Positions 39,876-48,299 of a DNA stretch of 64,000 nt are shown here, in pieces. The DNA is from an uncultured candidatus Porisulfidus sp. (lineage in GTDB: Bacteria > Pseudomonadota > Gammaproteobacteria > Poriferisulfidales > Poriferisulfidaceae): the NCBI GenBank assembly GCA_965221375.1, contig OZ244883.1:384071-448070 (forward strand), read 5' to 3'. The translations under genes were made by a program, and so were the position numbers. Position 1 is the first letter of the stretch. Each line of letters begins with the position of its first letter. The notes under the pieces were generated by a model. The model was not told where the DNA came from. It did no database searches and saw only the letters and a list, made by a program, of their open reading frames with translations.

Positions 39876-40783
39876 CGCTTGAACTGCCCGATGTTTCCGC
39901 GTGGTGGGTGCTGATCCCGTTGGCGGGGGCGGCGGGTTTCATTCTGTGGGTCTATTGGCGACGAGTTCTGCCGTATGCGGTGATCCGGCAGTGGGCGTTT
40001 CGGATGCGCGGCGGGGACTTGTCCGCGCGCATGCATCCTCCACGCGCGGGCAATTTCGCTGAGCTGGCGGTAGACCTGAATGTGTTGGCGGAAATGATTC
40101 AGACGTTGTCCCGGGACACCGAAGAGCAGCTGCAGGGGTTTCGCGAATACACGGCGATGAAAGAGCGGGCGCACATGTCCGGCGAACTGCACGACTCGCT
40201 GGCGCAGACTTTGGCGGGCATCAAAATCCAGGTGCGGGTATTGGATGAGACCCTGCACCAGGGCGATGAAGCGCAAGCCTGGCAGGAGTTGGAGCGTATC
40301 GAGGGCAATCTGGAACAGGCGAACCATGAGTTGCGTGAACTCATCGCTCATTTGCGGGCACCCATTGAAGGGTCCGGACTATTGCCGAAGGTGGAGCAAG
40401 TGGTGGAGCGCTTCCGTCACGATTGTCCTGAGACGCAAATTTTCGTGCAGTCGCAGTGGGAGGATTTGCTGCTGCCTGCCGAGCAGGAACTGCAGATTGT
40501 GCGCATCATTCAGGAGGCGTTGGCGAATGTGCGCAAGCATGCGCAAGCCAGTACGGTACGCATCATGATTGCCGGCGATGCGCAAAGCCGACAGTGCCGA
40601 GTGCTTGTGGAAGATGACGGAGTGGGTTTGAAAAAGGTCCCGCAGGAAAATGTTGCCGGTCGTCACATTGGTTTGAATTTGTTGCGCGAGCGGGCGCGAC
40701 GCCTGGGGGGCGAATTACGGGTGGAGAGCGAGCCGGGGGAGGGTGTGCAAGTGGCGCTCAACTTCAAGGCCATGCAGGAATGA
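39872..40783 (+). CDS. Sensor histidine kinase, NarX/DegS type (1 TM + HAMP + HisKA_3 + HATPase), no periplasmic domain
   Basis: 303 aa. HisKA_3 ELHDSLAQTLAGIKIQ. HATPase G-boxes. Confidence 0.85.
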   Translation: MTLELPDVSAWWVLIPLAGAAGFILWVYWRRVLPYAVIRQWAFRMRGGDLSARMHPPRAGNFAELAVDLNVLAEMIQTLSRDTEEQLQGFREYTAMKERAHMSGELHDSLAQTLAGIKIQVRVLDETLHQGDEAQAWQELERIEGNLEQANHELRELIAHLRAPIEGSGLLPKVEQVVERFRHDCPETQIFVQSQWEDLLLPAEQELQIVRIIQEALANVRKHAQASTVRIMIAGDAQSRQCRVLVEDDGVGLKKVPQENVAGRHIGLNLLRERARRLGGELRVESEPGEGVQVALNFKAMQE

Positions 40784-41469
40784 AAGCTCTCAAGGTCACC
40801 ATCATTGATGACCACACGTTGTTTCGTGATGGTTTGCGGGGATTGCTGGAGCGTCACGGGCTGAAGGTGCTGGATTCGGTGGGCGATGCGCAGGCCGGCT
40901 ATGCGGCGTTAGATCGACAAAGTCCCGATGTGGTGTTGCTGGATTTGCGCTTGCCAGGCACGGGCGGTTTGGAGATTTTGCGGGAATTGCGCAAGGATGC
41001 AAATTGCCCGCCCGTGGTGATGTTGACCACCAGCGATCAGGAAGCGGATCTGGTGGAGGCGTTACGGACGGGGGCAAGCGGTTATTTACTCAAAGACATG
41101 GAACCGGACGATCTGGTGGTTGCGTTGCGTGCGATCGTGTCGGGTGAGACCGTAGTGGCGCCCAGTCTGGCCCCGGCTTTGGCGCGGGTGGTCCAAGGTC
41201 ACGAGCCGCAAGCTTCAAAGGAGGACGAAACCCCCTTTGATGTTTTGACGCCGCGCGAGCGGGAAATTCTGGCGCTGTTGGCGGAGGGGTTGAGTAACCG
41301 GGGAATTGCGAATAGTTTGGGAATTTCCGAAGGCACCGTCAAGGTGCATGTCAAGGCCATTTTGCGAAAACTGCAACTGACATCAAGGGTGATGGCGGCC
41401 GTGTTGGCGGTCGAGCATGGGTTGGGGGGCAAGAAATTTCCGGCTCAACCCGACACGGAATCGGACTAG
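40780..41469 (+). CDS. NarL/FixJ-family response regulator (REC + LuxR HTH)
   Basis: 229 aa. D-D-K receiver residues; C-terminal LTPREREILALLAEGLSNRGIA. Confidence 0.9.
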   Translation: MKALKVTIIDDHTLFRDGLRGLLERHGLKVLDSVGDAQAGYAALDRQSPDVVLLDLRLPGTGGLEILRELRKDANCPPVVMLTTSDQEADLVEALRTGASGYLLKDMEPDDLVVALRAIVSGETVVAPSLAPALARVVQGHEPQASKEDETPFDVLTPREREILALLAEGLSNRGIANSLGISEGTVKVHVKAILRKLQLTSRVMAAVLAVEHGLGGKKFPAQPDTESD

Positions 41470-41681
41470 TCAGAGATAGATAAAGGTACAATAAGAGTTC
41501 GATAGAGGTCTGAAGAAAAACAAGGAAGTTTTTCGTGAGCCGCCTGTGGTATATGCAGGGAGCGGAACGGTAGTTGAACGGAGAATTAAACTCCCAACAA
41601 CGTAATCATCTTGTAACTTTTTCTCTATATTATTGTCCGAATAAATAACCCACTTTTTAGAACAAGGAGGTTCATACGAAC

Positions 41682-43202
41682 ATGTGGTTCCGATACATCC
41701 CGACGTCTGTTGCACTGGCATTGGCAATGACCTTGCCGTCTGTGACTGTGGCATCTCCCTCAGAAATTGAGCATCTGAAGCAGGAAAATGCGCAGATGAA
41801 GGAAATGCTTATGCAGATGCAGGAGCAACTGCAGGAAGTCATCATGAAAACCAAGGCCATGGAGCAGGCTGCGAAGGAAGGCAAAGACAAGAAAGGCGTG
41901 GTCAAATCCCAGAAGGAGAACATCACCATCTCCACGACCGGCGGGGGCATTCAGGTCAAATCCAACACGGGCAGCCAGTTCAAGATTGGTGCTCGTTTAA
42001 TGTTCGATCACTATTCTTACGATGAATTTTGGAATAGTACGGCCGATGATGAGGCGGAAGAAAATGAAATTCGTCGCGCCCGTTTCACGCTAAGTGGCAA
42101 CACGGGCAAGCATTGGTCGTACAAGTTCACCACCGATATTAATCACGAGGGTGGACGCGCCAGTGTGGATACCGGTTTTGTGCAATACGCTAGCAAGCCG
42201 ATGTACGTCAGATTTGGCAAATTCAAACGTCCGGCCATGGTGGAAGAGCGTACCAGTTCCAAGTGGCTTTCTACGATGGAACGTTCAATCGTGAGCGAAT
42301 TGTCGGGGACTTTCACCGGCAAGCCTTCTTTCGGCGGTGTTGGAGTCGGGTTCGCCACCAAAGGCGATATGCCGATGAGTGGTGCGCTGGGCATCTTCGA
42401 TGATGAAGTCGATGAAGATGATGGAGCGGATATCTATGGCTTGGGTGCGCGCTTCTCAATCTCCCCGAAATTCGATGACCATTCCTTCATGCATGCAGGC
42501 CTGTCGTACTACAACGTCGACTACAAGGGTAAAGACTTCCGTATGCGTTCACGCCTGGGCGTACGTAGCGATGGCAAAGTCCACCCGTTTGAAACCGATC
42601 AGATGAAAACCGATGATATTGATCAGATAGGTGTGGAACTTGCCTATGTGCGTGGTCCCTTCTCTCTGCAGGGCGAATTCATGAATGTGGAGTCCGATGG
42701 TACCAATGACGAGGGTTGTGGTGCTGTGACGCACAACGGTCGAAGCGGAGACAATCTCCTGTTTACTCGGGAAGGTGAAAATACCTGCGATATTGAAATG
42801 GATGGCCTTTATGCGCAGGCCGCTTACACGCTTACGGGCGAGACGCGCGGCTATTCGGCATCCTCGGGCGCATTCAAGTCCATCAAGCCGAAAGATGAAA
42901 TGGGAGCCTGGGAAGTGGTGCTTCGTTATGAAGATGCCGAAGTCGATATTCCGGGGCGCAACATCAGTGCTGATTTGGAGCGTCTGGTGGTCGGCTTGAA
43001 CTGGTATGTCAACAAGAACGTCAAGTTCATGTTGAACTATGTGGATTCGGAGATTGACGATTGCTCCAGCAGCGGTGTGACTGCCACAGATTCGAACGGT
43101 GAGAATCCAATTTCATACACGGGTTGGTCGCACAAGAAATGTGGCAATAACAACGAAGATAGTGGCAATGCACTCACATTGCGAGGCCAGTACGTGTTCT
43201 GA
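41682..43202 (+). CDS. Phosphate-selective porin O/P (OprO/OprP) family outer-membrane porin
   Basis: 506 aa. Signal peptide, N-terminal coiled coil, beta-barrel ending QYVF. Confidence 0.75.
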   Translation: MWFRYIPTSVALALAMTLPSVTVASPSEIEHLKQENAQMKEMLMQMQEQLQEVIMKTKAMEQAAKEGKDKKGVVKSQKENITISTTGGGIQVKSNTGSQFKIGARLMFDHYSYDEFWNSTADDEAEENEIRRARFTLSGNTGKHWSYKFTTDINHEGGRASVDTGFVQYASKPMYVRFGKFKRPAMVEERTSSKWLSTMERSIVSELSGTFTGKPSFGGVGVGFATKGDMPMSGALGIFDDEVDEDDGADIYGLGARFSISPKFDDHSFMHAGLSYYNVDYKGKDFRMRSRLGVRSDGKVHPFETDQMKTDDIDQIGVELAYVRGPFSLQGEFMNVESDGTNDEGCGAVTHNGRSGDNLLFTREGENTCDIEMDGLYAQAAYTLTGETRGYSASSGAFKSIKPKDEMGAWEVVLRYEDAEVDIPGRNISADLERLVVGLNWYVNKNVKFMLNYVDSEIDDCSSSGVTATDSNGENPISYTGWSHKKCGNNNEDSGNALTLRGQYVF

Positions 43203-43261
43203 TTCGGGTTTAGGGTCAGGCGTGCTGCCGGAAGTCGTCGTTTGATCCACCTGTTCCTAAT

Positions 43262-43289
43262 CCGCCGCCTTCTGGGCGGCGGATTTTTT
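43262..43289 (+). terminator. Intrinsic terminator after porin gene 1
   Basis: CCGCCGCC-ttctg-GGCGGCGG followed by ATTTTTT. Confidence 0.8.
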
Positions 43290-43346
43290 GCACGTCAGGT
43301 TTCGGGCGGATTTTTCAAAGTCGCGCAATGTGCTACACTCAAACCT

Positions 43347-44495
43347 ATGAAATGGGGGCGATTTTATTTGAATAGGGTACGGTGCGCAGAGTCGGGTGCG
43401 GTTCGGTTTAATAGATTTTTAATAACCCCATTCGCAAACAGAAAAATAGTACGTGGGGCATGGGCAGGATGTTTGTGCTTCAGTTTGAGTCTGTTGTCTC
43501 CCGCCTACGCTCTCTCGGACAACGATCTGGATCAGTTGGCCGACGAAAGTACGCAGATGCGCGAATTGATGACGCGCATGCAAACCCGTCTACAGGCTCC
43601 CGCCCGCGCGGCGCTGCCGGTAGAGACGTTTGATCAGACTTCGGGTTTTGATTTGAGTTTAGGTCAAACCTCGGCGTGGGCACCGGCGTCGGCGATGTTG
43701 GGAGGGTCTTTGCAAGCGCGTTGGGCCCGCATGATTGAACAGGGTGTTCTGGGACGCTTCGCTGACAGCGAGGCGGATACGCAGCGAGTCGTATCAACGC
43801 CTCCCACCGTGCGGTTTGTGGCGGGTGAGGAGTTACCGTGGTACGGCTCCGTACGGCTGCGCGGTCCGGCCGAGCAAGTTGCGCTGAACCCGGTTGAGGT
43901 GCAGGCGCAATTGATGGTGGTGCCGCGTTTTGATGACGGCAGTTTCCTGCACGTGGGGATTTCGTACCACGCCTTGGACATGTCTCGCGAAACGACCGCG
44001 ACACAGAAGTTTGCGGATGATCAGAACTGGGGTCAAGGCGACTGGCGGCGTTTGGGAATGGATTTGGGTTATATCCAGGATTCCTATTCGGTACAGGCGC
44101 GCTATATGAAACTTCGCGGCGAAGTATCCGACATCGGGCTGCAGTACCCGCATGAAACGCTGCGCGGCAGCGAGCGTGTGGATGTCGAGGGTTTTTACAT
44201 TCAAGGGGCCTGGCGCATCGCCGGAGAGCCCCTGGAGAGCTATTACGCTCCGGGACTGCTTGCCCACATTGAGCCGCGCGACGAAGAAGGGATTTGGGAA
44301 GTGGTGGTGCGCTACGCCAATTTGGGCGGGACATCACGGGATCAGTCGAATGTGTCCGACTCCATGTTGCTGGGCGTGCACTGGCGCGCCGGATCGTCGT
44401 TCAAGCTGCAGCTGGACTACATTGAAGGCAGCGACGAAGCGTCATCTATTTCCGGTGACGGCGGTTTGAGCTTGCGAGGCACTTTGTCATTCTGA
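43347..44495 (+). CDS. Porin O/P family paralogue
   Basis: Shares Porin_O_P C-terminal blocks with the upstream paralogue (WEVVVRYANL; ...LRGTLSF). Start set at ATG 43347, downstream of the terminator (the ORF-track start at 43242 lies inside it). Start uncertain. Confidence 0.6.
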   Translation: MKWGRFYLNRVRCAESGAVRFNRFLITPFANRKIVRGAWAGCLCFSLSLLSPAYALSDNDLDQLADESTQMRELMTRMQTRLQAPARAALPVETFDQTSGFDLSLGQTSAWAPASAMLGGSLQARWARMIEQGVLGRFADSEADTQRVVSTPPTVRFVAGEELPWYGSVRLRGPAEQVALNPVEVQAQLMVVPRFDDGSFLHVGISYHALDMSRETTATQKFADDQNWGQGDWRRLGMDLGYIQDSYSVQARYMKLRGEVSDIGLQYPHETLRGSERVDVEGFYIQGAWRIAGEPLESYYAPGLLAHIEPRDEEGIWEVVVRYANLGGTSRDQSNVSDSMLLGVHWRAGSSFKLQLDYIEGSDEASSISGDGGLSLRGTLSF

Positions 44496-44655
44496 TGACA
44501 TAGTGCTGCGGTAAAAAATTTCCTGGTTTTTGTTTGTTGAGCCCATCCGGTGCTCAGAGGGGATTTGTTGATGCAGTCATCGCAGTACATTTTTGCGATG
44601 TGCAACAGACGCTAAAAGGTCTCTGCCGTGTTGGGCTTCTTGCTGGCCAAAATCA

Positions 44656-44700
44656 TAAAAAAGCCCGACTCTGTGGCTGGGAAAGCGGTAGAGTCGGGCT
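44656..44700 (-). terminator. Intrinsic terminator on minus strand
   Basis: 11-bp stem AGCCCGACTCT/AGAGTCGGGCT followed on the minus strand by TTTTTTAT. Confidence 0.65.
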
Positions 44701-44783
44701 GAAGAGGTGGCCGACGTCCGTGTCGGCCGGAAAGCCGGACATCCAGTCCGACATAAACCTCAACGCTCTTATAGGAGAAGTGT

Positions 44784-44855
44784 TTAGTCGAGGTAACCTA
44801 GGCGCATCACAGTAAAGACGGTCGCCCAGATGACGATAGTAGTGATGATTTCCAT
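44784..44855 (-). CDS. Candidate 23-aa hydrophobic peptide (MEIITTIVIWATVFTVMRLGYLD)
   Basis: ATG preceded by GAGGA at -9..-5. Sigma70-like -35/-10 about 50 nt upstream. Intrinsic terminator about 85 nt downstream. Below the ORF-track size cut-off. Confidence 0.3.
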   Translation of the reverse strand: MEIITTIVIWATVFTVMRLGYLD

Positions 44856-44912
44856 TGTTTCCTCATCAAATGGGGTGGCAGAACAAGGCCCCGCGCCTTA
44901 TTCAGTAATTCA

Positions 44913-44941
44913 TAATATAAGGATATTTTGATATAAATCAA
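44913..44941 (-). promoter_or_regulatory. Sigma70-like promoter (TTGATT-18-TATTAT) with palindrome TTGATttatATCAA over the -35
   Basis: Read directly on the minus strand. AT-rich 570-bp intergenic region. Confidence 0.3.
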
Positions 44942-45066
44942 GTCTACACAATCCGATTTTAGTAGGACACGCCTATTTCATTGATTAATATAAGATTATC
45001 TAATAATGCCACAAAACTCTGCCCAGGCGCGCTGCGGCAGAAGATGTGCAGATGTCTGAAAAATAA

Positions 45067-45684
45067 CTAACTATTTGATTCCCGCACATGGCGGGACAGA
45101 TACACAATCTGTATCAGCAAAAAGACCAGCGGAAGCCCCAAAGCCAGACCGAACAGCTTGAACTGCACCCAGAATTCTTCCGAGTATGCGTATGCCACAT
45201 ACAAATTCAGTGCCCCACACAGAGTAAAAAAACCAATCCACGCGAGGTTCAGACGCTGCCAGATGCGAGGATCCGTCAAGGGCAGGCTGTGCGCCAGCAT
45301 GCGTTCGACCAACGTGCGGGGGCTAAACAGGCTGACCCCCACAAATGCAAGCGCCATCGCCCAATAGAAAACCGTCGGCTTCCAGATGATGAACATGGGA
45401 TCCTTCAGCAGCAGTGTGAGGCTGCCGGCAATCCAGACCACGACCAGGGCAGCAAGGTGAATGGGGCGCAATTGCTGCATCACCTGCATAGCGCCACATT
45501 GGATCAACATGGCGACCATGAGGACAATCGTCGCAAAATAGATCCGATCTCCCGACGCATGGGCCTGAAGCTCCAGGTCCAACGGGTCGCTGACGAAAGC
45601 GATCCATTCCTCCGGCATATCCGGGTAGAAAAAATAGGCCAGCACGAACAGTGCGACGGCCAGCGTTTCGACAAAGAACTTCAT
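45067..45684 (-). CDS. ispZ: Intracellular septation protein A (YciB)
   Basis: Start re-set to MKFFVETLAVALF. Co-linear with E. coli YciB (KLNLAWIGFFTLCGALNLYVAY). Confidence 0.8.
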   Translation of the reverse strand: MKFFVETLAVALFVLAYFFYPDMPEEWIAFVSDPLDLELQAHASGDRIYFATIVLMVAMLIQCGAMQVMQQLRPIHLAALVVVWIAGSLTLLLKDPMFIIWKPTVFYWAMALAFVGVSLFSPRTLVERMLAHSLPLTDPRIWQRLNLAWIGFFTLCGALNLYVAYAYSEEFWVQFKLFGLALGLPLVFLLIQIVYLSRHVRESNS

Positions 45685-45706
45685 AGATGTGCGATTATAA
45701 GAGGCC

Positions 45707-46324
45707 ATGACCGAGCATCTCGTCGTCCACCCCGATAATCCGCAAGTCCGGCTGATAGGTCGGGCGGCGCAATTGTTGCGCGACGGCGGGCTGTTGGTGT
45801 ACCCCACGGACTCCGGCTATGCCTTTGGTTGTGCAGTTGGGAACAAGGCCGCGGTGGATGACATTCGACGTCTGCGGCACTTGAGTCCCAGCCGTCCGTT
45901 TACCCTGGTCTGTCGGGATCTGTCCGATTTGTCCACTTATGCGCGGGTCGACAACGCTTCGTACCGCATTCTGAAAGCGCACACCCCGGGTCCGTATACG
46001 TTTTTGCTGGAGGCGACGCGGGAGGTGCCGCGCCGTCTGATGGAGCCCAAACGGCGCACCATTGGTCTGCGCATTCCGGACCATCCGGTGGTGTCTCTTC
46101 TGCTCGATGAATATGGAGAGCCGCTGATGAACAGCACCTTGATGTTGCCGGAGTTGGAAGACTCTCCGGTGGAGGCCAGCGATTTTCTGGATCGCCTCAA
46201 ACAGCGCGTTGGCGCAATTGTCGATTGCGGCTTCTGTCGCAGTGTGCCGACGACGGTAGTGGATCTGACAGGGGGCGTCCCTCAGGTCGTGCGCCAAGGT
46301 GGGGGCGCGTTCCCGTTGCTATAA
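45707..46324 (+). CDS. yciO: L-threonylcarbamoyladenylate synthase family protein (YrdC/YciO type)
   Basis: 205 aa. YrdC-domain motifs LLVYPTDSGYAFGC, PGPYTFLL. Confidence 0.85.
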   Translation: MTEHLVVHPDNPQVRLIGRAAQLLRDGGLLVYPTDSGYAFGCAVGNKAAVDDIRRLRHLSPSRPFTLVCRDLSDLSTYARVDNASYRILKAHTPGPYTFLLEATREVPRRLMEPKRRTIGLRIPDHPVVSLLLDEYGEPLMNSTLMLPELEDSPVEASDFLDRLKQRVGAIVDCGFCRSVPTTVVDLTGGVPQVVRQGGGAFPLL

Positions 46325-46363
46325 TTTCCGTGTTGTGTCGAGCCTTTTGTTTGCAGTCGATTT

Positions 46364-47092
46364 TTGTCGTCTGCCCCTTCCATGTCGATAGTGCAAATGG
46401 TGGCCTTGTGGGCCGTTCCAATTCTGTTGGCGATTACCGTTCACGAAGTGGCACACGGTTGGGTGGCTCGGCTTCTCGGAGATCCGACCGCTTATGAAGC
46501 GGGACGTCTGACCCTCAACCCCATCCCTCACATGCACTGGTTCGGAACCTTTGTGTTACCGCTGTCGATGGCGGCCGTGGCAGGCATTGCCGTCGGCTGG
46601 GCCAAGCCGGTGCCGGTCAATTACGCGCGCCTGCATCGCCCGCGGCAGGACATGGCCTGGGTCGCGTTCGCCGGTCCGGCTTCCAATGGTCTGATGTTGG
46701 TTGGGTGGGCAGTGCTGGCACGTTTCAGCATGGAGTGGCAAGGAGAGGCAGCTTCGGCGCTGTTTCTGATGAGCCAGGCGGGCATTATCATTAACGCGGC
46801 CTTGATGCTGCTCAATTTGCTGCCGATCCCGCCATTGGATGGTTCGGTCATCTTGGGAAGCTGGCTGCCGAAAGAGTTGAGCGCCAAATGGTTTACCTTC
46901 GGCCGTTACGGCATGTTTTTCGCGTTGGCGGTATTGTTTTTCGGGCTGTGGCAGGGATTTCTTCTTGTGCCTCTCATCGCGTTTATTGAAATGATTCATG
47001 GAGCCTTTGGGCTGTCTGCAGGATACGGTCAAGCAGCCATAAGCCAGACCTTGGAGATTGCGAGTGTTTACGGCGGGGTCGCGCATGGCTAA
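46364..47092 (+). CDS. Site-2 protease family (peptidase M50) membrane metalloprotease
   Basis: HEVAHG HExxH motif in a TM helix. LLPIPPLDG motif. Polytopic. Confidence 0.75.
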   Translation: MSSAPSMSIVQMVALWAVPILLAITVHEVAHGWVARLLGDPTAYEAGRLTLNPIPHMHWFGTFVLPLSMAAVAGIAVGWAKPVPVNYARLHRPRQDMAWVAFAGPASNGLMLVGWAVLARFSMEWQGEAASALFLMSQAGIIINAALMLLNLLPIPPLDGSVILGSWLPKELSAKWFTFGRYGMFFALAVLFFGLWQGFLLVPLIAFIEMIHGAFGLSAGYGQAAISQTLEIASVYGGVAHG

Positions 47093-48299
47093 GGATTTAC
47101 CTCCGGGTCAGCGGGTCGTATCGGGCATGCGCCCAACGGGGCGTCTGCATCTGGGTCACTATCACGGTGTGATTAAAACCTGGGCGGAGCTTCAGCATGT
47201 GCATGCTTGCTTCTTTTTTGTGGCCGATTGGCACGCACTCACGACGCATTACGATGAGACCGACGAACTCCAGGATCATGTCTGGGAGATGGTGGTGGAT
47301 TGGTTGGCTTGTGGCATCAGCCCAGGGGCGGCGACCCTGTTTGTGCAGTCGGAAGTGCCGGAGCATGCGGAGTTACATTTGCTGTTGTCGATGGTGACTC
47401 CCTTGAGTTGGTTGGAGCGGGTGCCAAGTTATAAGGATATGCAGGAGCAGACCTCACGGGATCTGGCAACGTACGGCTTTTTAGGTTATCCGCTTCTGCA
47501 GGCGGCGGACATCCTGATGTACAAGGCGCAGCTGGTGCCGGTGGGAGAAGACCAGGCCGCGCACGTGGAATTTACCCGTGAAGTCGCGCGTCGTTTCAAT
47601 CATCTGTACGGACAGGAGCCGGATTTTGCTGAACGTGTCGATAGTTTGATTGAGCGCTTGGGGCGCAATGAAGCACGCCTGTATCGAAAATGCCGCAAGC
47701 AATTTCAGGAAGAAGGAGACGAGACCTCCCTGGAGGTCGCCCGAGAAATGCTGCGCGGCCAGCAGAGTATTTCAATCGGAGATCTGCAGCGTCTGGACGG
47801 TTATCTGGAAGGCGAATGTCGTGTCATTCTTCCCGAGCCGCAGGAACTTCTGGCGCAAGCCCCGAAAATGCCGGGTCTGGACGGGCGCAAGATGTCCAAG
47901 TCCTACAGCAATACGATTGGTTTGCGGGATGAACCGGACGTGGTTGGCAAAAAACTGATGGGCATGATGACGGATCCGGCACGTCAACGTCGCAGCGACC
48001 CGGGAGATCCGGAGAAGTGTCCGGTCTGGGATCTGCATAGAATCTATTCGGATGCCGAGGCTCAACAATGGGTCCAGGAGGGCTGCACCACGGCCGGCAT
48101 CGGCTGCACCGATTGCAAGCGCCGGTTGCTGGATGTCATGCTGGCCGACCTTCAACCGATTCGGGAGAGTGCGGCCGATTATCTCAGTGATCGGCCAGGT
48201 GTGACCGCGATGATTCGCGACAACTGTGAAGCGGCCCGCGAGGTGGCCCGCAGCACGCTTGAGGATGTACGCGAGGCCATGGGGCTGGACTATGACTGA
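47085..48299 (+). CDS. trpS: Tryptophan--tRNA ligase with internal insertion and C-x21-C-x6-C-x2-C motif
   Basis: HIGH (TGRLHLGHYHG) and KMSKS present. About 65-aa insertion between FNHLYG and KMSKS relative to E. coli. Four-Cys motif CPVW...GCTTAGIGCTDC. Confidence 0.9.
   Translation: MAKDLPPGQRVVSGMRPTGRLHLGHYHGVIKTWAELQHVHACFFFVADWHALTTHYDETDELQDHVWEMVVDWLACGISPGAATLFVQSEVPEHAELHLLLSMVTPLSWLERVPSYKDMQEQTSRDLATYGFLGYPLLQAADILMYKAQLVPVGEDQAAHVEFTREVARRFNHLYGQEPDFAERVDSLIERLGRNEARLYRKCRKQFQEEGDETSLEVAREMLRGQQSISIGDLQRLDGYLEGECRVILPEPQELLAQAPKMPGLDGRKMSKSYSNTIGLRDEPDVVGKKLMGMMTDPARQRRSDPGDPEKCPVWDLHRIYSDAEAQQWVQEGCTTAGIGCTDCKRRLLDVMLADLQPIRESAADYLSDRPGVTAMIRDNCEAAREVARSTLEDVREAMGLDYD

Noticed and set aside
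41470-41754. 94-aa minus-strand ORF in the porin leader region
   Set aside because: Runs through the AT-rich promoter/leader and the start of the porin gene. No SD. No homology.
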